NCBI GenBank assembly: GCA_016125035.1 | Contig: WGMN01000001.1 | Coordinates: 193,526 to 257,525 of the forward strand | DNA: 64,000 bases | Reading direction: 5' to 3' | Source: Pseudomonadota bacterium | GTDB lineage: Bacteria > Pseudomonadota > Alphaproteobacteria > UBA2136 > UBA6156 | Part shown: positions 17,418-27,908 of the stretch, piece after piece | Layout: the number at the start of each line of letters is the position of its first letter | Numbering within the stretch: position 1 is the stretch's first letter | Program-made: the position numbers and the translations under genes | Notes under the pieces: model-generated | Seen by the model: the letters and a program-made list of their open reading frames with translations, nothing else | The model's database searches: none | Told to the model about the DNA's origin: nothing

Positions 17418-19814
17418 TTAGCGGCGGCGGTTGAACTCCAGCTTGGGGAAGCTATCGACCTGGATGACGTCGAGGCGGGCTTGCTCGGCGGCGAGCAGGG
17501 CGCGGCCTTCCTCTACCGACAGCAGGCCTTTTTCCACTGCGGCGTGGGCCAGCTCTTCCGCCGGGGCCTTGTGCAGGTAGCCTTCCTTGATGGCCTCGGC
17601 GACCTTTTTGCGCGAGGCGGCGGTGGCCACGGTGCGCAGGTGTGCGTCTTCCAGCGCGGCCAGGCCGGGCTGGACGTGGGCGGGCAGGTAGACATCGGGG
17701 GAGAGGGCGGTGCGCAGGCCGGTGGATTCATCCAGCAGGGTGCTGACGACCTTATCGGTGAGCCTGTCGGTAGGCAGCTGCGCATGGCGGCCGAGCGGGA
17801 AGATGACCAGCCGCGCCAGCCATGCCGCCGGACGGTTGGGGAGGTTGCGCAGCACGCCGTTAAGCGCCTGTTCGACCTCCACCCTTGCCATGGTGAGGAC
17901 GTAGGTAAGCAGGGCCGCCTGGTTGTGCGGAGAGCCGGCACTGGCGTGCTGCTTGAGCGTGGCCGAGGCGATGTAGAGCCATGCAAAGGCATCGGCGTAG
18001 CGGCCGGAGAGGTACTCTTTGCGCTTCATCGCGCCGCCGAGCGTGACCAGGCCGACATCCGCCAGGAAGGCGAAGGCCGCGCTGTAGCGCGACAGGCGCG
18101 CGTGCGGGCTGTGCGCCGGGATGAGCGCCAGCACCAGGGCGCGTACGGCGTTGCGGATGACGTGACCGATGTGGCCGAAGAAGGCTTTATCGAAACCTTT
18201 GAGGTCTTTGGCGGCCACTGCGGCGACCTCGGCCTGCAGGTAAGGGTGGCAGCGAATGGCGCCCTGGCCGAAGACGATGAGCGAGCGCGAGAGGATGTTG
18301 GCGCCTTCCACCGTGATACCGATGGGGATGGAGGCGTAAGGGCGCGCCAGGATGTTGCGCGGGCCGCGTTGGATGGAAGCGCCGGCCATGACGTCCATGG
18401 CGTGGTTGACCGACGCGCGCATGCCCTCGGTAAGGTAGGCCTTGGCGATGGCCGAAGCCACCGCTGGGTGGGTTCCGGCATCCACCGCGCCGGCGGTGAG
18501 GTTGCGCGTGGCTGTCATGTAAAAAGCGTTGGCGGCGAGGCGGGCGAGGCGCTCGCGCACGCCCTCGAACTTGCCGATGGGCAGGTTGAACTGCTCGCGC
18601 ACCGAGGCATAGGCGGCGGCGGCACGCACCGACACCTGCGCAGCACCCACAGAAAGCGAAGGCAGTGAGATACCGCGGCCGGCGGCGAGACATTCCATGA
18701 GCATGCGCCAGCCGTTGCCGACCTGCTCTCTTCCGCCAATGACGACATCCATGGGGACGAAGACGTTGGTGCCGGAGACCGGGCCGTTCATGAACGGGAT
18801 GCCCATGGGATCGTGTCGTGAGCCAATGACCAGGCCGGGGGTTTTGCGCGGCAGCAGGGCGCAGGTGATGCCGATATCGTCCTTCTCGCCGAGCAGGTGT
18901 TTGGGGTCGTACAGGTGGAAGGCCAGGCCGACCACGGTGGCGATGGGGGCGAGCGTGATGTAGCGCTTGTTGAAGGTGAGCGAGATACCCATCACCTCTT
19001 TGCCTTGCCACTTGCCCATGGTGACGATACCGAAGCTTTGGCCGTTGGCGGCGTCGGACCCGGCGGTGGGTTCGGTGAGGGCGAAGCAGGGAATTTCCTC
19101 CCCATTGGCCAGGCGCGGCAGGTAGTGGTTGCGCTGGCCGGTGGTGCCGTAGCGCAGCAGAAGCTCGCCCGGCCCAAGAGAGTTGGGCACCATGACGGTG
19201 ACCGCCGTGGCCACGCTGCGGCTGGCGATGCGGGTGATGACCGCGGCATGGGCGGCGGCGGAGAAGCCCAGACCGCCGTGCTCGACCGGGATGATCATGC
19301 CGAGGAACTTGTGCTTTTTGATGAAGGCCCAGACCTTGGGCGAGAGATCGCGCTTTTGGAAAATTTCATCATCGTTGAGCATTTTGCACAGCGCTTCAGT
19401 GGGGCCGGCGAGGAAGGCCTGCTCTTCTTCAGTAAGCGGTTTGACGGTGAACTTTTTCAGCTGCGACCAATCTGGCTTGCCGGAGAAGAGTTCTTGCTCG
19501 AAGAACACACCGCCGGCTTCCAGCGCAATACGTTCGGTCTCGCCGATGGTGGGCATGGATTTGGCGGCAAGGCGCATGAGCGGCTTGGTGAGGCTGTGGC
19601 GGCGCAGCAGCGGGCAGCCGGTGATGACCGCCACCGCGGCGAAAAGACCAAGCCCGAGGTTGAAGGCCGGTGTGGCAATGCCCTGCAGGTGGCCATACCA
19701 GGCAAACAGCGCAATGGCGCCCGCCGCCACCCAGGCAAGGTAAGCGCGCCCGAAGAACGCCAGCAGGAGGAACGCCAGCGGGGCGAAGAGCAGGATGGTG
19801 TGCGGGGCTATCAT
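17418..19814 (-). CDS. fadE: Acyl-CoA dehydrogenase FadE (long, membrane-bound type)
   Basis: N-terminal TMs; TVMVPNSLGPGELL, PCFALTEP.AGSDA, ITVEGANIL and IRCHPY motifs. Confidence 0.94.
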   Translation of the reverse strand: MIAPHTILLFAPLAFLLLAFFGRAYLAWVAAGAIALFAWYGHLQGIATPAFNLGLGLFAAVAVITGCPLLRRHSLTKPLMRLAAKSMPTIGETERIALEAGGVFFEQELFSGKPDWSQLKKFTVKPLTEEEQAFLAGPTEALCKMLNDDEIFQKRDLSPKVWAFIKKHKFLGMIIPVEHGGLGFSAAAHAAVITRIASRSVATAVTVMVPNSLGPGELLLRYGTTGQRNHYLPRLANGEEIPCFALTEPTAGSDAANGQSFGIVTMGKWQGKEVMGISLTFNKRYITLAPIATVVGLAFHLYDPKHLLGEKDDIGITCALLPRKTPGLVIGSRHDPMGIPFMNGPVSGTNVFVPMDVVIGGREQVGNGWRMLMECLAAGRGISLPSLSVGAAQVSVRAAAAYASVREQFNLPIGKFEGVRERLARLAANAFYMTATRNLTAGAVDAGTHPAVASAIAKAYLTEGMRASVNHAMDVMAGASIQRGPRNILARPYASIPIGITVEGANILSRSLIVFGQGAIRCHPYLQAEVAAVAAKDLKGFDKAFFGHIGHVIRNAVRALVLALIPAHSPHARLSRYSAAFAFLADVGLVTLGGAMKRKEYLSGRYADAFAWLYIASATLKQHASAGSPHNQAALLTYVLTMARVEVEQALNGVLRNLPNRPAAWLARLVIFPLGRHAQLPTDRLTDKVVSTLLDESTGLRTALSPDVYLPAHVQPGLAALEDAHLRTVATAASRKKVAEAIKEGYLHKAPAEELAHAAVEKGLLSVEEGRALLAAEQARLDVIQVDSFPKLEFNRRR

Positions 19815-19835
19815 GGTTTTGTTTCCTTTGATTAA

Positions 19836-22157
19836 CTAGTTGCGCAGGGGCTTGCCGGTGCGCAGCAGGTGGGCGATGCGCGCGCGGGTGCCAGCGGTTT
19901 TGGTCAGCGCCACCAGGCCTTCGCGCTCCAGCTTGAGCACTTGGGCTTCGGTGAGGGGAACAAGAGGGTCGGCGTGCTCGGCCCCGGTGAGGGTGCGTGC
20001 AAGCTGCGTGCCGACCACCACGTCGTGCTTGGTGGCCAGGCCCTTTTGCGCGAAATCATGCAGCGCCATTTTGAGCGCGGCAAAACCGGAAGGGCCGGGC
20101 AGGGTGAAGGTAGGGGTTTGAACCGATTTGAAATCTGCCGCCATGGAGAGCGCGTAGGACTTGGCGGTGGCGAGCAGGCGTTCCGGGTTCATCACCACCA
20201 CGTCATCGGGGGTGAGGAAGTGCAGGGAGCGGGCTTCTTCCGCTGATTTGGCGACTTTGGCGGTGGCGATGGTCTCGAACGCATGGGCTACTGCCGGCAT
20301 GGGGCCCCTGCCCTTGCCGTATTTGGCGGCGCGGGCCAGCAGCTCTTTACAGCCGCCCCAGCCGGGGATGATGCCGACGCCACCTTCCACCAGGCCGATG
20401 TAGCTTTCCGCACTGGCCACGATGCGGTGGGCGTGCATGAGGATCTCTGCCCCGCCGCCGAGCGCCATGCCGGACGGCGCGGCAACCACCGGGAAAGGTG
20501 CGTACTTGAGGGCGAGGTAAGCGTTCTGCCCGTGTTTGAGGATGAGGTTGATGAGGAAGAACAGCCGCAGCTTGGAGGTGATGAGTAGCATGAGGATGTT
20601 GGCGCCGACCGAGAAGTTGCGGCCCTCGTTATAAATAACCAGGCCCTTGAAGCCGAGCGCGGGCAGCTTGCGCACTGCTTTGTTGACCATGCAGATGATG
20701 AAGGGGTTGAGCGCGTTCATTTTAGAGTGGAACTCCAGGCAGGCGATGCCGTCCCCCAAGTCCCACACGCTGGCGGAGATGTTTTTGAACAGCGGCTTGG
20801 CGCGGCGCTTGATATCCTCCAGCAGCAGCACGCCGGGCGCGCGCGGGATGGGTTGGTAGCTGCCGGTAAGCGTGAGGAACTGTTTGATGCCACCTTCCAC
20901 CCGGTAGAGCGGGCGGCCCGCAGCGGCGCGCAGAATGGCGGGGGTGGGCAGGCCCATGGTTTTGAACTCGGCTTCTACCCAGGCGGTGCCGAGTTTATCG
21001 ATGAGCTCGAAGGGGCCGTACTTCCAACCGAAACCCAGACGCATGGCGCGGTCTATATGCTCGATGTTCTCGGCGATCTCTCCCACCAGTGAGGCGGCAT
21101 AGGCCAGCGTACCGAGAATGACGGTGTGGGCGTAGCGGCCCTCGGCGCTATCGTGCATGACCAGGCCCTTAAGCCCGCGCTTTTTGGCGGCGAGCACGGC
21201 CGGCACCCTGGGGCGCGCGGCGGGCATGTGGCTGCCGGTGGAAAGGTTCATGACCAGCTTGTTCTTCTTTTCATCCAGCTTGTAGAAGCCGCCGCCGTTC
21301 TTGCGGCCGGTGAGGCCGGATTTGATCATCTGCGAGAGCAGCGCCGGGGCCGGGCCGAGCTTGCGGAAGGGGTCGGAGGCGGGCAGCGCGGTGTTCATGC
21401 TTTCCAGGATGTGCGGCATGAGGTCGAGGCCGACCAGATCCAGCAGGCCGAAGACGCCGGTTTTGGGCACGCCCATGGGTTTGGAGAGTACGGCGTCGGC
21501 TTCTTCCACCCCCACGCCTTGCTTAATGGCGTGGACCACCGCGCTGTGCATCCAGTAGGTGCCGATGCGGTTGGCGATGAAGCCGGGGGTATCGAAGCAC
21601 GGCACCACGCTTTTGCCGAGTGCGTGGTCGGCGAAGGTGGTGATGGCGGTGAGTGCGGCGGGGTCGGTTTCCGGCGAGCTGACCACTTCCAAGAGACGCA
21701 TATAGCGCGGCGGGTTGAAGAAGTGGGTGATGAGGAAGTGCGCGCGGAAGTCCTTCGGCAGGCCCTTGAGAAGTTGCGCCAGCGGCAAGGTGGAAGTGTT
21801 GGACGACACCACGGCGCCGGGCTTGCGGTGCTTGGCGATGGTTTTATAGAGCGATTGCTTGATGTCGAGGCGCTCGATGACGGCCTCGATGATCCAGTCG
21901 CATTCCGCCAGCAGGGGCATGTCATCTTCGGTGTTGGCGGGGGTGATGAGCTTGGCCGCTTTGGGCGACATGAGCGGCGCGGGGTTGGTCTTCTTCAATT
22001 TTTCAATCGCGCCGGCGGCGATGGCGTTGCGGCTGGTGGCACCTTTGGGCACGATATCCATGAGGATGACCGGCACGCCGGCGTTGGCGATGTGCGCGGC
22101 AATGCCCGCGCCCATGACGCCGGCGCCGATGACCGCGACGCGTTGGATGGGCTTCAT
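19836..22157 (-). CDS. fadN: 3-hydroxyacyl-CoA dehydrogenase/enoyl-CoA hydratase (FadN-type domain order)
   Basis: GAGVMG Rossmann fold, SSNTS and HFFNPPRYM motifs; C-terminal crotonase domain (ALGGG.E, GLVE). Confidence 0.9.
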   Translation of the reverse strand: MKPIQRVAVIGAGVMGAGIAAHIANAGVPVILMDIVPKGATSRNAIAAGAIEKLKKTNPAPLMSPKAAKLITPANTEDDMPLLAECDWIIEAVIERLDIKQSLYKTIAKHRKPGAVVSSNTSTLPLAQLLKGLPKDFRAHFLITHFFNPPRYMRLLEVVSSPETDPAALTAITTFADHALGKSVVPCFDTPGFIANRIGTYWMHSAVVHAIKQGVGVEEADAVLSKPMGVPKTGVFGLLDLVGLDLMPHILESMNTALPASDPFRKLGPAPALLSQMIKSGLTGRKNGGGFYKLDEKKNKLVMNLSTGSHMPAARPRVPAVLAAKKRGLKGLVMHDSAEGRYAHTVILGTLAYAASLVGEIAENIEHIDRAMRLGFGWKYGPFELIDKLGTAWVEAEFKTMGLPTPAILRAAAGRPLYRVEGGIKQFLTLTGSYQPIPRAPGVLLLEDIKRRAKPLFKNISASVWDLGDGIACLEFHSKMNALNPFIICMVNKAVRKLPALGFKGLVIYNEGRNFSVGANILMLLITSKLRLFFLINLILKHGQNAYLALKYAPFPVVAAPSGMALGGGAEILMHAHRIVASAESYIGLVEGGVGIIPGWGGCKELLARAAKYGKGRGPMPAVAHAFETIATAKVAKSAEEARSLHFLTPDDVVVMNPERLLATAKSYALSMAADFKSVQTPTFTLPGPSGFAALKMALHDFAQKGLATKHDVVVGTQLARTLTGAEHADPLVPLTEAQVLKLEREGLVALTKTAGTRARIAHLLRTGKPLRN

Positions 22158-23293
22158 TATATGCGCTCCAGAATGGTGGCGATGCCCTGGCCGCCGCCGA
22201 TGCATTGGGTGGCCAGCGCGTAGCGTTTTTTGGTGCGGGCGAGCAGCGCGGCGGCCTTGCCGGTGATGCGCGCGCCGGTGGCGCCGAGCGGGTGGCCGAG
22301 CGCAATGGCGCCGCCATCGATATTGGTAACTTTAAGATCCACATCGAGTTCCTCGATGACCGCGAGGGACTGAGCGGCGAAGGCTTCGTTGAGCTCGATT
22401 ACGTCCATGTCGGTGAGTTTGAGGCCGGCGCGCTCCAGCGCTTTTTGGGTGGAGATGACCGGGCCCAGGCCCATGGTTTGCGGCGCGCAGCCGGAGATGG
22501 CCACCGAGACGATGCGGGCAAGAATGGGCAGCTTGTGCTTTTTGGCAAATTCCTCTGACGTGACCAGCACGGCGGCGGCGCCGTCGGTAAGCGGCGAAGA
22601 GGTGCCCGCGGTGACGGTGCCTTTGGCGTCGAAGGCCGGTTTGAGGGTGGCCAGGGTTTCGGCCGTGGTACCGGCGCGGATGCAGCCGTCTTCGCTGACG
22701 GTGCCGGTGGGGGTTTCGATGGGGACGATCTCGTCTTTAAGCAGGCCGGCTTTTTGTGCAGCGGCGGCTTTTTTGTGGCTTTCCACCGCGAAGCCGTCTT
22801 GCACCTCGCGGTTCAGTTTATACATTTTGGCCAGGTTCTCGGCGGTTTCGCCCATGCCGATGTAGGCCTGGGGGAACTCTTTATAAAGCTTGGGGTGCGG
22901 CAGCGGGTTGAAGCCGCCCAGCGGCACGCGGGACATACTTTCCACCCCCGCGCAGATGAAGGCCTCGCCCGCGCCTATGGTGATGGCGCCGGCTGCGATG
23001 TGGATGGCCTGCATGGACGACCCGCAGAAGCGGTTGACGGTGAGGCCGCCGACGCTTTGCGGCAGGCCAGCAAGGAAACCAATGATGCGCGCAACGTTGA
23101 AGCCCTGTTCGGCCTCGGGGAAAGCACAGCCGACGATGAGGTCTTCCACCAGTTCCGGCTTGATTTTGGTGCGCTTGACCAGGGCTTTGACCACCTGGGC
23201 GGCCAGTTCGTCTGGCCGGGTGCCCGCCAGGGCGCCCTTGGAGGCAGGGGTGAACGGCGAGCGCGCGTAGCCTGCGATGACGACGTTCTTCAT
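22157..23293 (-). CDS. fadA: Acetyl-CoA C-acyltransferase (3-ketoacyl-CoA thiolase)
   Basis: NRFCGSS, ELNEAFA, GHPLGATG and CIGGGQG motifs. Confidence 0.95.
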   Translation of the reverse strand: MKNVVIAGYARSPFTPASKGALAGTRPDELAAQVVKALVKRTKIKPELVEDLIVGCAFPEAEQGFNVARIIGFLAGLPQSVGGLTVNRFCGSSMQAIHIAAGAITIGAGEAFICAGVESMSRVPLGGFNPLPHPKLYKEFPQAYIGMGETAENLAKMYKLNREVQDGFAVESHKKAAAAQKAGLLKDEIVPIETPTGTVSEDGCIRAGTTAETLATLKPAFDAKGTVTAGTSSPLTDGAAAVLVTSEEFAKKHKLPILARIVSVAISGCAPQTMGLGPVISTQKALERAGLKLTDMDVIELNEAFAAQSLAVIEELDVDLKVTNIDGGAIALGHPLGATGARITGKAAALLARTKKRYALATQCIGGGQGIATILERI

Positions 23294-23471
23294 GGGGACC
23301 TGTCTCCTTTTGTTGGGCCGCTTGCGGTTGGAACCGGTTGGCGGCTGTACCTTATATGAGTTTGGTGGCGGTGTTCCTGACAGTGTGCTTTTTTTGCAAG
23401 TTTATGAGTTATTTGTGTTTTTTATGCAAATAAGGCGGCCAAAAAGGCCGCCGAACGGGGGGTGGAAAGGG

Positions 23472-25760
23472 TTACAGCAAGCCGCCGGAACTGCGGATGA
23501 ACTTTTTCAACTCCTTCCAGGTGGGACCGATGTTGGCGGCAACCAGACCGTGGGGCGCACCAGGAATAGAGGTGAGCTGTTTTTGCGAGGTGCCGAGGCG
23601 GGCCAGGATGGCCGGGGCGCTGCTGGGTTTGACCGTTTGGTCGGCCGTGCCCTGCAACAGCAGCACCGGGGTGGTGACGGCGGGCAGCGCGGCTTTGAAG
23701 GATTTGATGAGCAGGCGCAGTTCGTTCAGCGCCGCCAGCGGTGCGCGAGTGTAGCCGTTGTGGGATTCAGGGTCGCCATATGGGTAGGTGCCGAGCAGGG
23801 CCTTGACCCCCGGCAGCCAACCGAAATAGCGGCGGATGGGCATGACCAGGGGCAATATGTGCATGTTGGCATCCTGCACGTACAAGGGCGCGGCGACGCT
23901 GGCGACACCGGCCAGCTGCGCCGGGTGCGTGGCGGCAAAGGTGAGGGAAAGCGCCGCGCCGGTGGAAAAACCGACGATGACCACTTTATCCACATGGGCG
24001 GCGAGGATGCGGTAGTTGGTTTCCACCGCTTGCAGCCACTGGGTGTAGGGACGGTCTTCCATATCCAGGAACGAGGTACCGTGGCCGGGCAGGCGCAGGC
24101 CGAGCACCGCGTAACCGGCGTGGTGCAGGGTATCGGCGAACGAGCGCATCTCGGACGGCAGGGCGGCAAAGCCGTGCACCATGAGCACGCCGACCTTGGC
24201 GCGTTTTTGCGGCAGCAGGAAGTAAGGGCGGCCGCTGTGCGGGAAGGTGGGCTGGTAGACGGTATCCGGTGCTTTTTTGCCCCAACGCGAACGCTGGCCT
24301 TCGAAATCGATCAGTTCGTCGGCGAAGCGGTAGGCGGCGAGTTCCGCCTCGGTGGTTTTGGGGGCTTCGCGCAGGGCCTTGGCGACGATCTCGCTCACCT
24401 GTTTGATCGGCGCAATTTCGTTAACGTGGACCTGCACCGGGTTTTCGATGCGAGCGAGTTCGTACGGCGATTTCTCGGTGAGGATGGTGGGGGCGATGTG
24501 GTAGGTTTCGTCTTCCATGGTGACCAGGCCGGCGGTCTCGCAGGCGTGCATGAAGCCGCGCACGCTGCGGGCGGTGCCGGAGAGAATGCCGCCGTAGCTG
24601 GAAGGACGGGTGACCGTGCAGTGCAGGTTGAGCGTGGTGCGTTGCAGCTGCTTGATGGAGAGGTAGATGATTTTATGAAACTGCGTCTGGCTGATGGTGA
24701 ACAGCCCTTTCTCGGCCATTTGGGCGATAAGCGTGGCGGCGACGTGGTTGATGTTGACGGCGGTGCCGGAATAAAGGCGGCGGGCGTATTCCGCGCGGAC
24801 GCGCTCGGTGTGTTTATCCACCATGGACTTAAAGGCATTGCCGACGAGGCCATCGGGAGCCTCGTGCGCGGCGAAGAGTTGCGCCACCGAGTGCAGCGAC
24901 TTGAGCGCCTGGCCGGCGAGCATACCTTCCGCCCAGCCCAGCTTGGGCAGGGCCTTCATTGGGGTGCCGAAGTGCAGGTACATATCGGTGCGGTGGAGCA
25001 GCATGTTGGTTTCTGTAACAATATCTGAATAGGCCTCGGCCGGCATTTTGCCGAGCAGGCGCTCGGCCAGGTTGACCAGACCGTTGCGGCCGTTGCGCAG
25101 CGGGTAATAAGTGATGGTGCCGGGCACAATGAGGGTGGGTTTTTCCACCGCGGCGCGAAGTTCGGCCGGAGTGAGGTGCAAGGATTCCTGCCATTGCAGC
25201 AGGGCGGCGGTGTCTTCCGCGGCAATAAGGCCGCGAATGTGGTTTTTGAGGATATCCAGCGTGACCGCCAGCGCGGCGGCGCCTTTATGGTGCTTGCGGA
25301 TTTTGCCGGTGGTGCCGGAGTGCATGACGTAGTTGCCGTGGTCGTCGAGCACGCGTTTGTCGCGCACGATGCCTCCCTCCGGGTAAATAACCACTTTGCG
25401 GCCGCGCAGAATTTCCGCCGCCAGGAAGGGCAGCAGGCCGGGCATATCGGTGGGCACAGCGCCCATGCCGCGCAGGTGGTGGCTGAAGGTATCATTAAGC
25501 TTGAACAGCCCGCCGTAGGCCACCGCACGCACCATGGTGCCGGTGTGGTGGAACAGCAGGTAGGGCGGAACGGTGGTTTCCAGCCGGGTGAAGTGGTTGA
25601 ACAGGAAGATATCGCCGTTGGCCATGGCGCCCGGTTCTTCGGTGGTGTGGATGTCGAGCGGCAGGCGGTCGCGCAGCATCTCGAACAGGTGCATGTAGCG
25701 GGCGTAAGTGGCCTGCCGCAGCGGCAGTTGGAGTTCGGTGGGGGTGGGGGCGGGTTCCAT
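23472..25760 (-). CDS. Glycerol-phosphate acyltransferase-like domain fused to a C-terminal carboxylesterase
   Basis: N-terminal FNHFTRLE and YPEGG (PlsB/C-like blocks); C-terminal HGF, LPGHG and GFSTG, with Asp and His triad candidates. Confidence 0.75.
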   Translation of the reverse strand: MEPAPTPTELQLPLRQATYARYMHLFEMLRDRLPLDIHTTEEPGAMANGDIFLFNHFTRLETTVPPYLLFHHTGTMVRAVAYGGLFKLNDTFSHHLRGMGAVPTDMPGLLPFLAAEILRGRKVVIYPEGGIVRDKRVLDDHGNYVMHSGTTGKIRKHHKGAAALAVTLDILKNHIRGLIAAEDTAALLQWQESLHLTPAELRAAVEKPTLIVPGTITYYPLRNGRNGLVNLAERLLGKMPAEAYSDIVTETNMLLHRTDMYLHFGTPMKALPKLGWAEGMLAGQALKSLHSVAQLFAAHEAPDGLVGNAFKSMVDKHTERVRAEYARRLYSGTAVNINHVAATLIAQMAEKGLFTISQTQFHKIIYLSIKQLQRTTLNLHCTVTRPSSYGGILSGTARSVRGFMHACETAGLVTMEDETYHIAPTILTEKSPYELARIENPVQVHVNEIAPIKQVSEIVAKALREAPKTTEAELAAYRFADELIDFEGQRSRWGKKAPDTVYQPTFPHSGRPYFLLPQKRAKVGVLMVHGFAALPSEMRSFADTLHHAGYAVLGLRLPGHGTSFLDMEDRPYTQWLQAVETNYRILAAHVDKVVIVGFSTGAALSLTFAATHPAQLAGVASVAAPLYVQDANMHILPLVMPIRRYFGWLPGVKALLGTYPYGDPESHNGYTRAPLAALNELRLLIKSFKAALPAVTTPVLLLQGTADQTVKPSSAPAILARLGTSQKQLTSIPGAPHGLVAANIGPTWKELKKFIRSSGGLL

Positions 25761-25938
25761 CTGTATAGGCTTATGCCCCCATATGGGAGCAATTCTGACA
25801 CAAATACCATTAAAATGAGTGGGTTAGATTGTTGCAGTGCAGCATGAAAAAAGGAAACCTGCATGGAAACAAAGGGCTGGGCTTACCGCAGTGCGAGAAA
25901 AGTGGTGGCCGACGGGAAAGAATGTCAGGGAGCAGGGC

Positions 25939-25985
25939 TTGACAAGGCGGCGTGGGACAGGCTAATTCAAAACCGACCAAACGGT
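25939..25985 (+). promoter_or_regulatory. sigma70-type promoter and candidate TetR operator
   Basis: TTGACA-16-GCTAATTC followed by the palindrome ACCG-N6-CGGT at 25972-25985. Confidence 0.55.
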
Positions 25986-26018
25986 GCAGATACGAGCCCA
26001 GGAAAACTAAGGAACAAG

Positions 26019-26630
26019 ATGCCAAGACCAAGCAACCGCGAACAGATTTTGGATGCCGCCGAAAAAGTAGCCGTGGACAGCGGCGCCGCCCATTTAACCT
26101 TGGATGCCGTGGCCGCCGCGGCCAAAGTGAGCAAGGGAGGCCTGCTTTATCACTTTAAGGACAAAGATGCCATGCTGGCCGCGCTGGTAGAGCGTTATAT
26201 GGTGCGTTGCAACGACAAGCGCATGGAAGACTTCCACGCCATGGGCGGTGATGCCAGCGCGCAGTTGAAATCACAAATCACCACCATTTGCGACGACAAG
26301 GGCATGCCGCGCGGCCTGCACCAGACCCTGTTGATCGCCTGCGCCAACACGCCGGCCATGATGGACCCCCTGCGCAAGGTGGCGCAGCTGAATATGGACA
26401 ACATCCGCAAAAACTTTAAGCACCCCGAGCAGGCCCTGACGCTGCTGCTGGCTGCCCATGGTTTACGCTTTTTAGATTTACTTCAATTTCAGCCCTTCAG
26501 CGTGGAAGAGCGGAAAACCGTGATGCGCTATTTGTTGGACACCAGCGACGCGCTGGCCACCGGTGGACGCAGTACTTTGGATGGTTATACTGGAATGACC
26601 AAACCAAGCTTTAAATCAGCAAGGAAATAG
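26019..26630 (+). CDS. TetR/AcrR family regulator
   Basis: ILDAA...LTLDAVAAAAKVSKGGLLYHF helix-turn-helix. Confidence 0.92.
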   Translation: MPRPSNREQILDAAEKVAVDSGAAHLTLDAVAAAAKVSKGGLLYHFKDKDAMLAALVERYMVRCNDKRMEDFHAMGGDASAQLKSQITTICDDKGMPRGLHQTLLIACANTPAMMDPLRKVAQLNMDNIRKNFKHPEQALTLLLAAHGLRFLDLLQFQPFSVEERKTVMRYLLDTSDALATGGRSTLDGYTGMTKPSFKSARK

Positions 26631-26636
26631 CAAAAC

Positions 26637-27899
26637 ATGAACAGGGTGTGGGGAACAACCAAGGCAAGCGGGCGGTTTTTGGTGCGTCATGGCCGGGTTT
26701 TTTGGTTGCTTGGAGGCCTTTTGCTGGGCATGGCCATTAACATTATGCCGATGATCATGATGATGATGGCCGGCTTTGGCGGCGGCGGTGGCGGGTTTGG
26801 CAACTTCCCCACCTCGGTGGAAGTGGCCATGGCCGAGAAGACCACCTTGGACGACAGCGCCAGCGTGGCCGGAAGCCTGCAGGCCGAAGAAGGTGTGGTG
26901 ATGAAGAGCGAAGTGGCGGCGATGGTGGAAGCCTTGCCGCTGGAGCAAGGTGAGATGGTTAAAAAAGGCACCATATTGGTGGTGCTGGACGACAAGACCA
27001 CCAGCGCCAACCTGGCACAGGCCCGCGCCCAGGCCAATGTGGCACGCCGCGCCTTTGACCGCGTGAAGCAATTGCAGGGGATTGATAAGGCCTTGGTTTC
27101 GCAAAAAGATTACGACGCAGCCCTTTCCAACATGGAAGTTGCCGCCGCCGGGGTGAAGGTGGCCGAAGCCGCCTACGCCAAGACGCATATTGCCGCGCCC
27201 TTTGACGGCACGGTGGGCCTGCGCCAGGTGAGCGTAGGTGAGTATGTGCAGGTTGGCCAGCCGCTGGTGAGCCTGCAATCGCTGGGGGATTTGAAGGTGG
27301 ACTTTAGCTTGCCCGAGCGTTACGCCACCGGCATGAGCCCCGGCCAGGACGTGATGCTGAGCGTGGACGCGCTGGGCGGCGAAAAGGTTTCTGCCAGCAT
27401 CGTGGCGGTGGACCCGCTGGTGAGCGAAGACACCCGCAACGTGGCGGTGCGCGCGCGCCTGGATGACGAGAACGGCAAATTGCGCCCGGGCATGTTTGTG
27501 CGCGTGGCAGCCACGCTGGACCACGTGCAGGATGCGATAACCGTGCCCGAAGAGGCGATTGTGCCTGAAGGCGACAGCAAGTTTGTTTATAAGATAGTAA
27601 ACAGCCAGGCAGTGAAGACACCCGTTGAATTGGGCATGCGCAGCCACGGCGACGTGCAGGTGACCAAAGGCCTGCGCGCCGGCGAGGTGGTGGTGATTGG
27701 CGGGCAAATGAAACTGCACGACGGCGGCAAGGTGGTGGCCACCAACATGACGCTGACCAGCAGCACCACGCCGGTGAGCGACACCGTGCCGGACACGGCG
27801 ACGATCAGCGACACGCGCGCGCCGGGGGTGGAGGTGGCTGCGCCTTCCTCCACCGAAGTGCCGACGGGTGAGGTGTCATCCACCGAGGACCAGGAATAA
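26637..27899 (+). CDS. RND efflux membrane fusion protein
   Basis: IAAPFDGTVG and LRPGMF motifs; TM anchor; operon context. Confidence 0.92.
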   Translation: MNRVWGTTKASGRFLVRHGRVFWLLGGLLLGMAINIMPMIMMMMAGFGGGGGGFGNFPTSVEVAMAEKTTLDDSASVAGSLQAEEGVVMKSEVAAMVEALPLEQGEMVKKGTILVVLDDKTTSANLAQARAQANVARRAFDRVKQLQGIDKALVSQKDYDAALSNMEVAAAGVKVAEAAYAKTHIAAPFDGTVGLRQVSVGEYVQVGQPLVSLQSLGDLKVDFSLPERYATGMSPGQDVMLSVDALGGEKVSASIVAVDPLVSEDTRNVAVRARLDDENGKLRPGMFVRVAATLDHVQDAITVPEEAIVPEGDSKFVYKIVNSQAVKTPVELGMRSHGDVQVTKGLRAGEVVVIGGQMKLHDGGKVVATNMTLTSSTTPVSDTVPDTATISDTRAPGVEVAAPSSTEVPTGEVSSTEDQE

Positions 27900-27908
27900 G
27901 CCGCCCCC

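Noticed and set aside
26745..26800. Met/Gly-rich run in the RND adaptor as a copper-binding motif
   Set aside because: It lies in the membrane-anchor/linker region, and the permease looks like a general HAE1-type pump with no evident CusA metal motifs.
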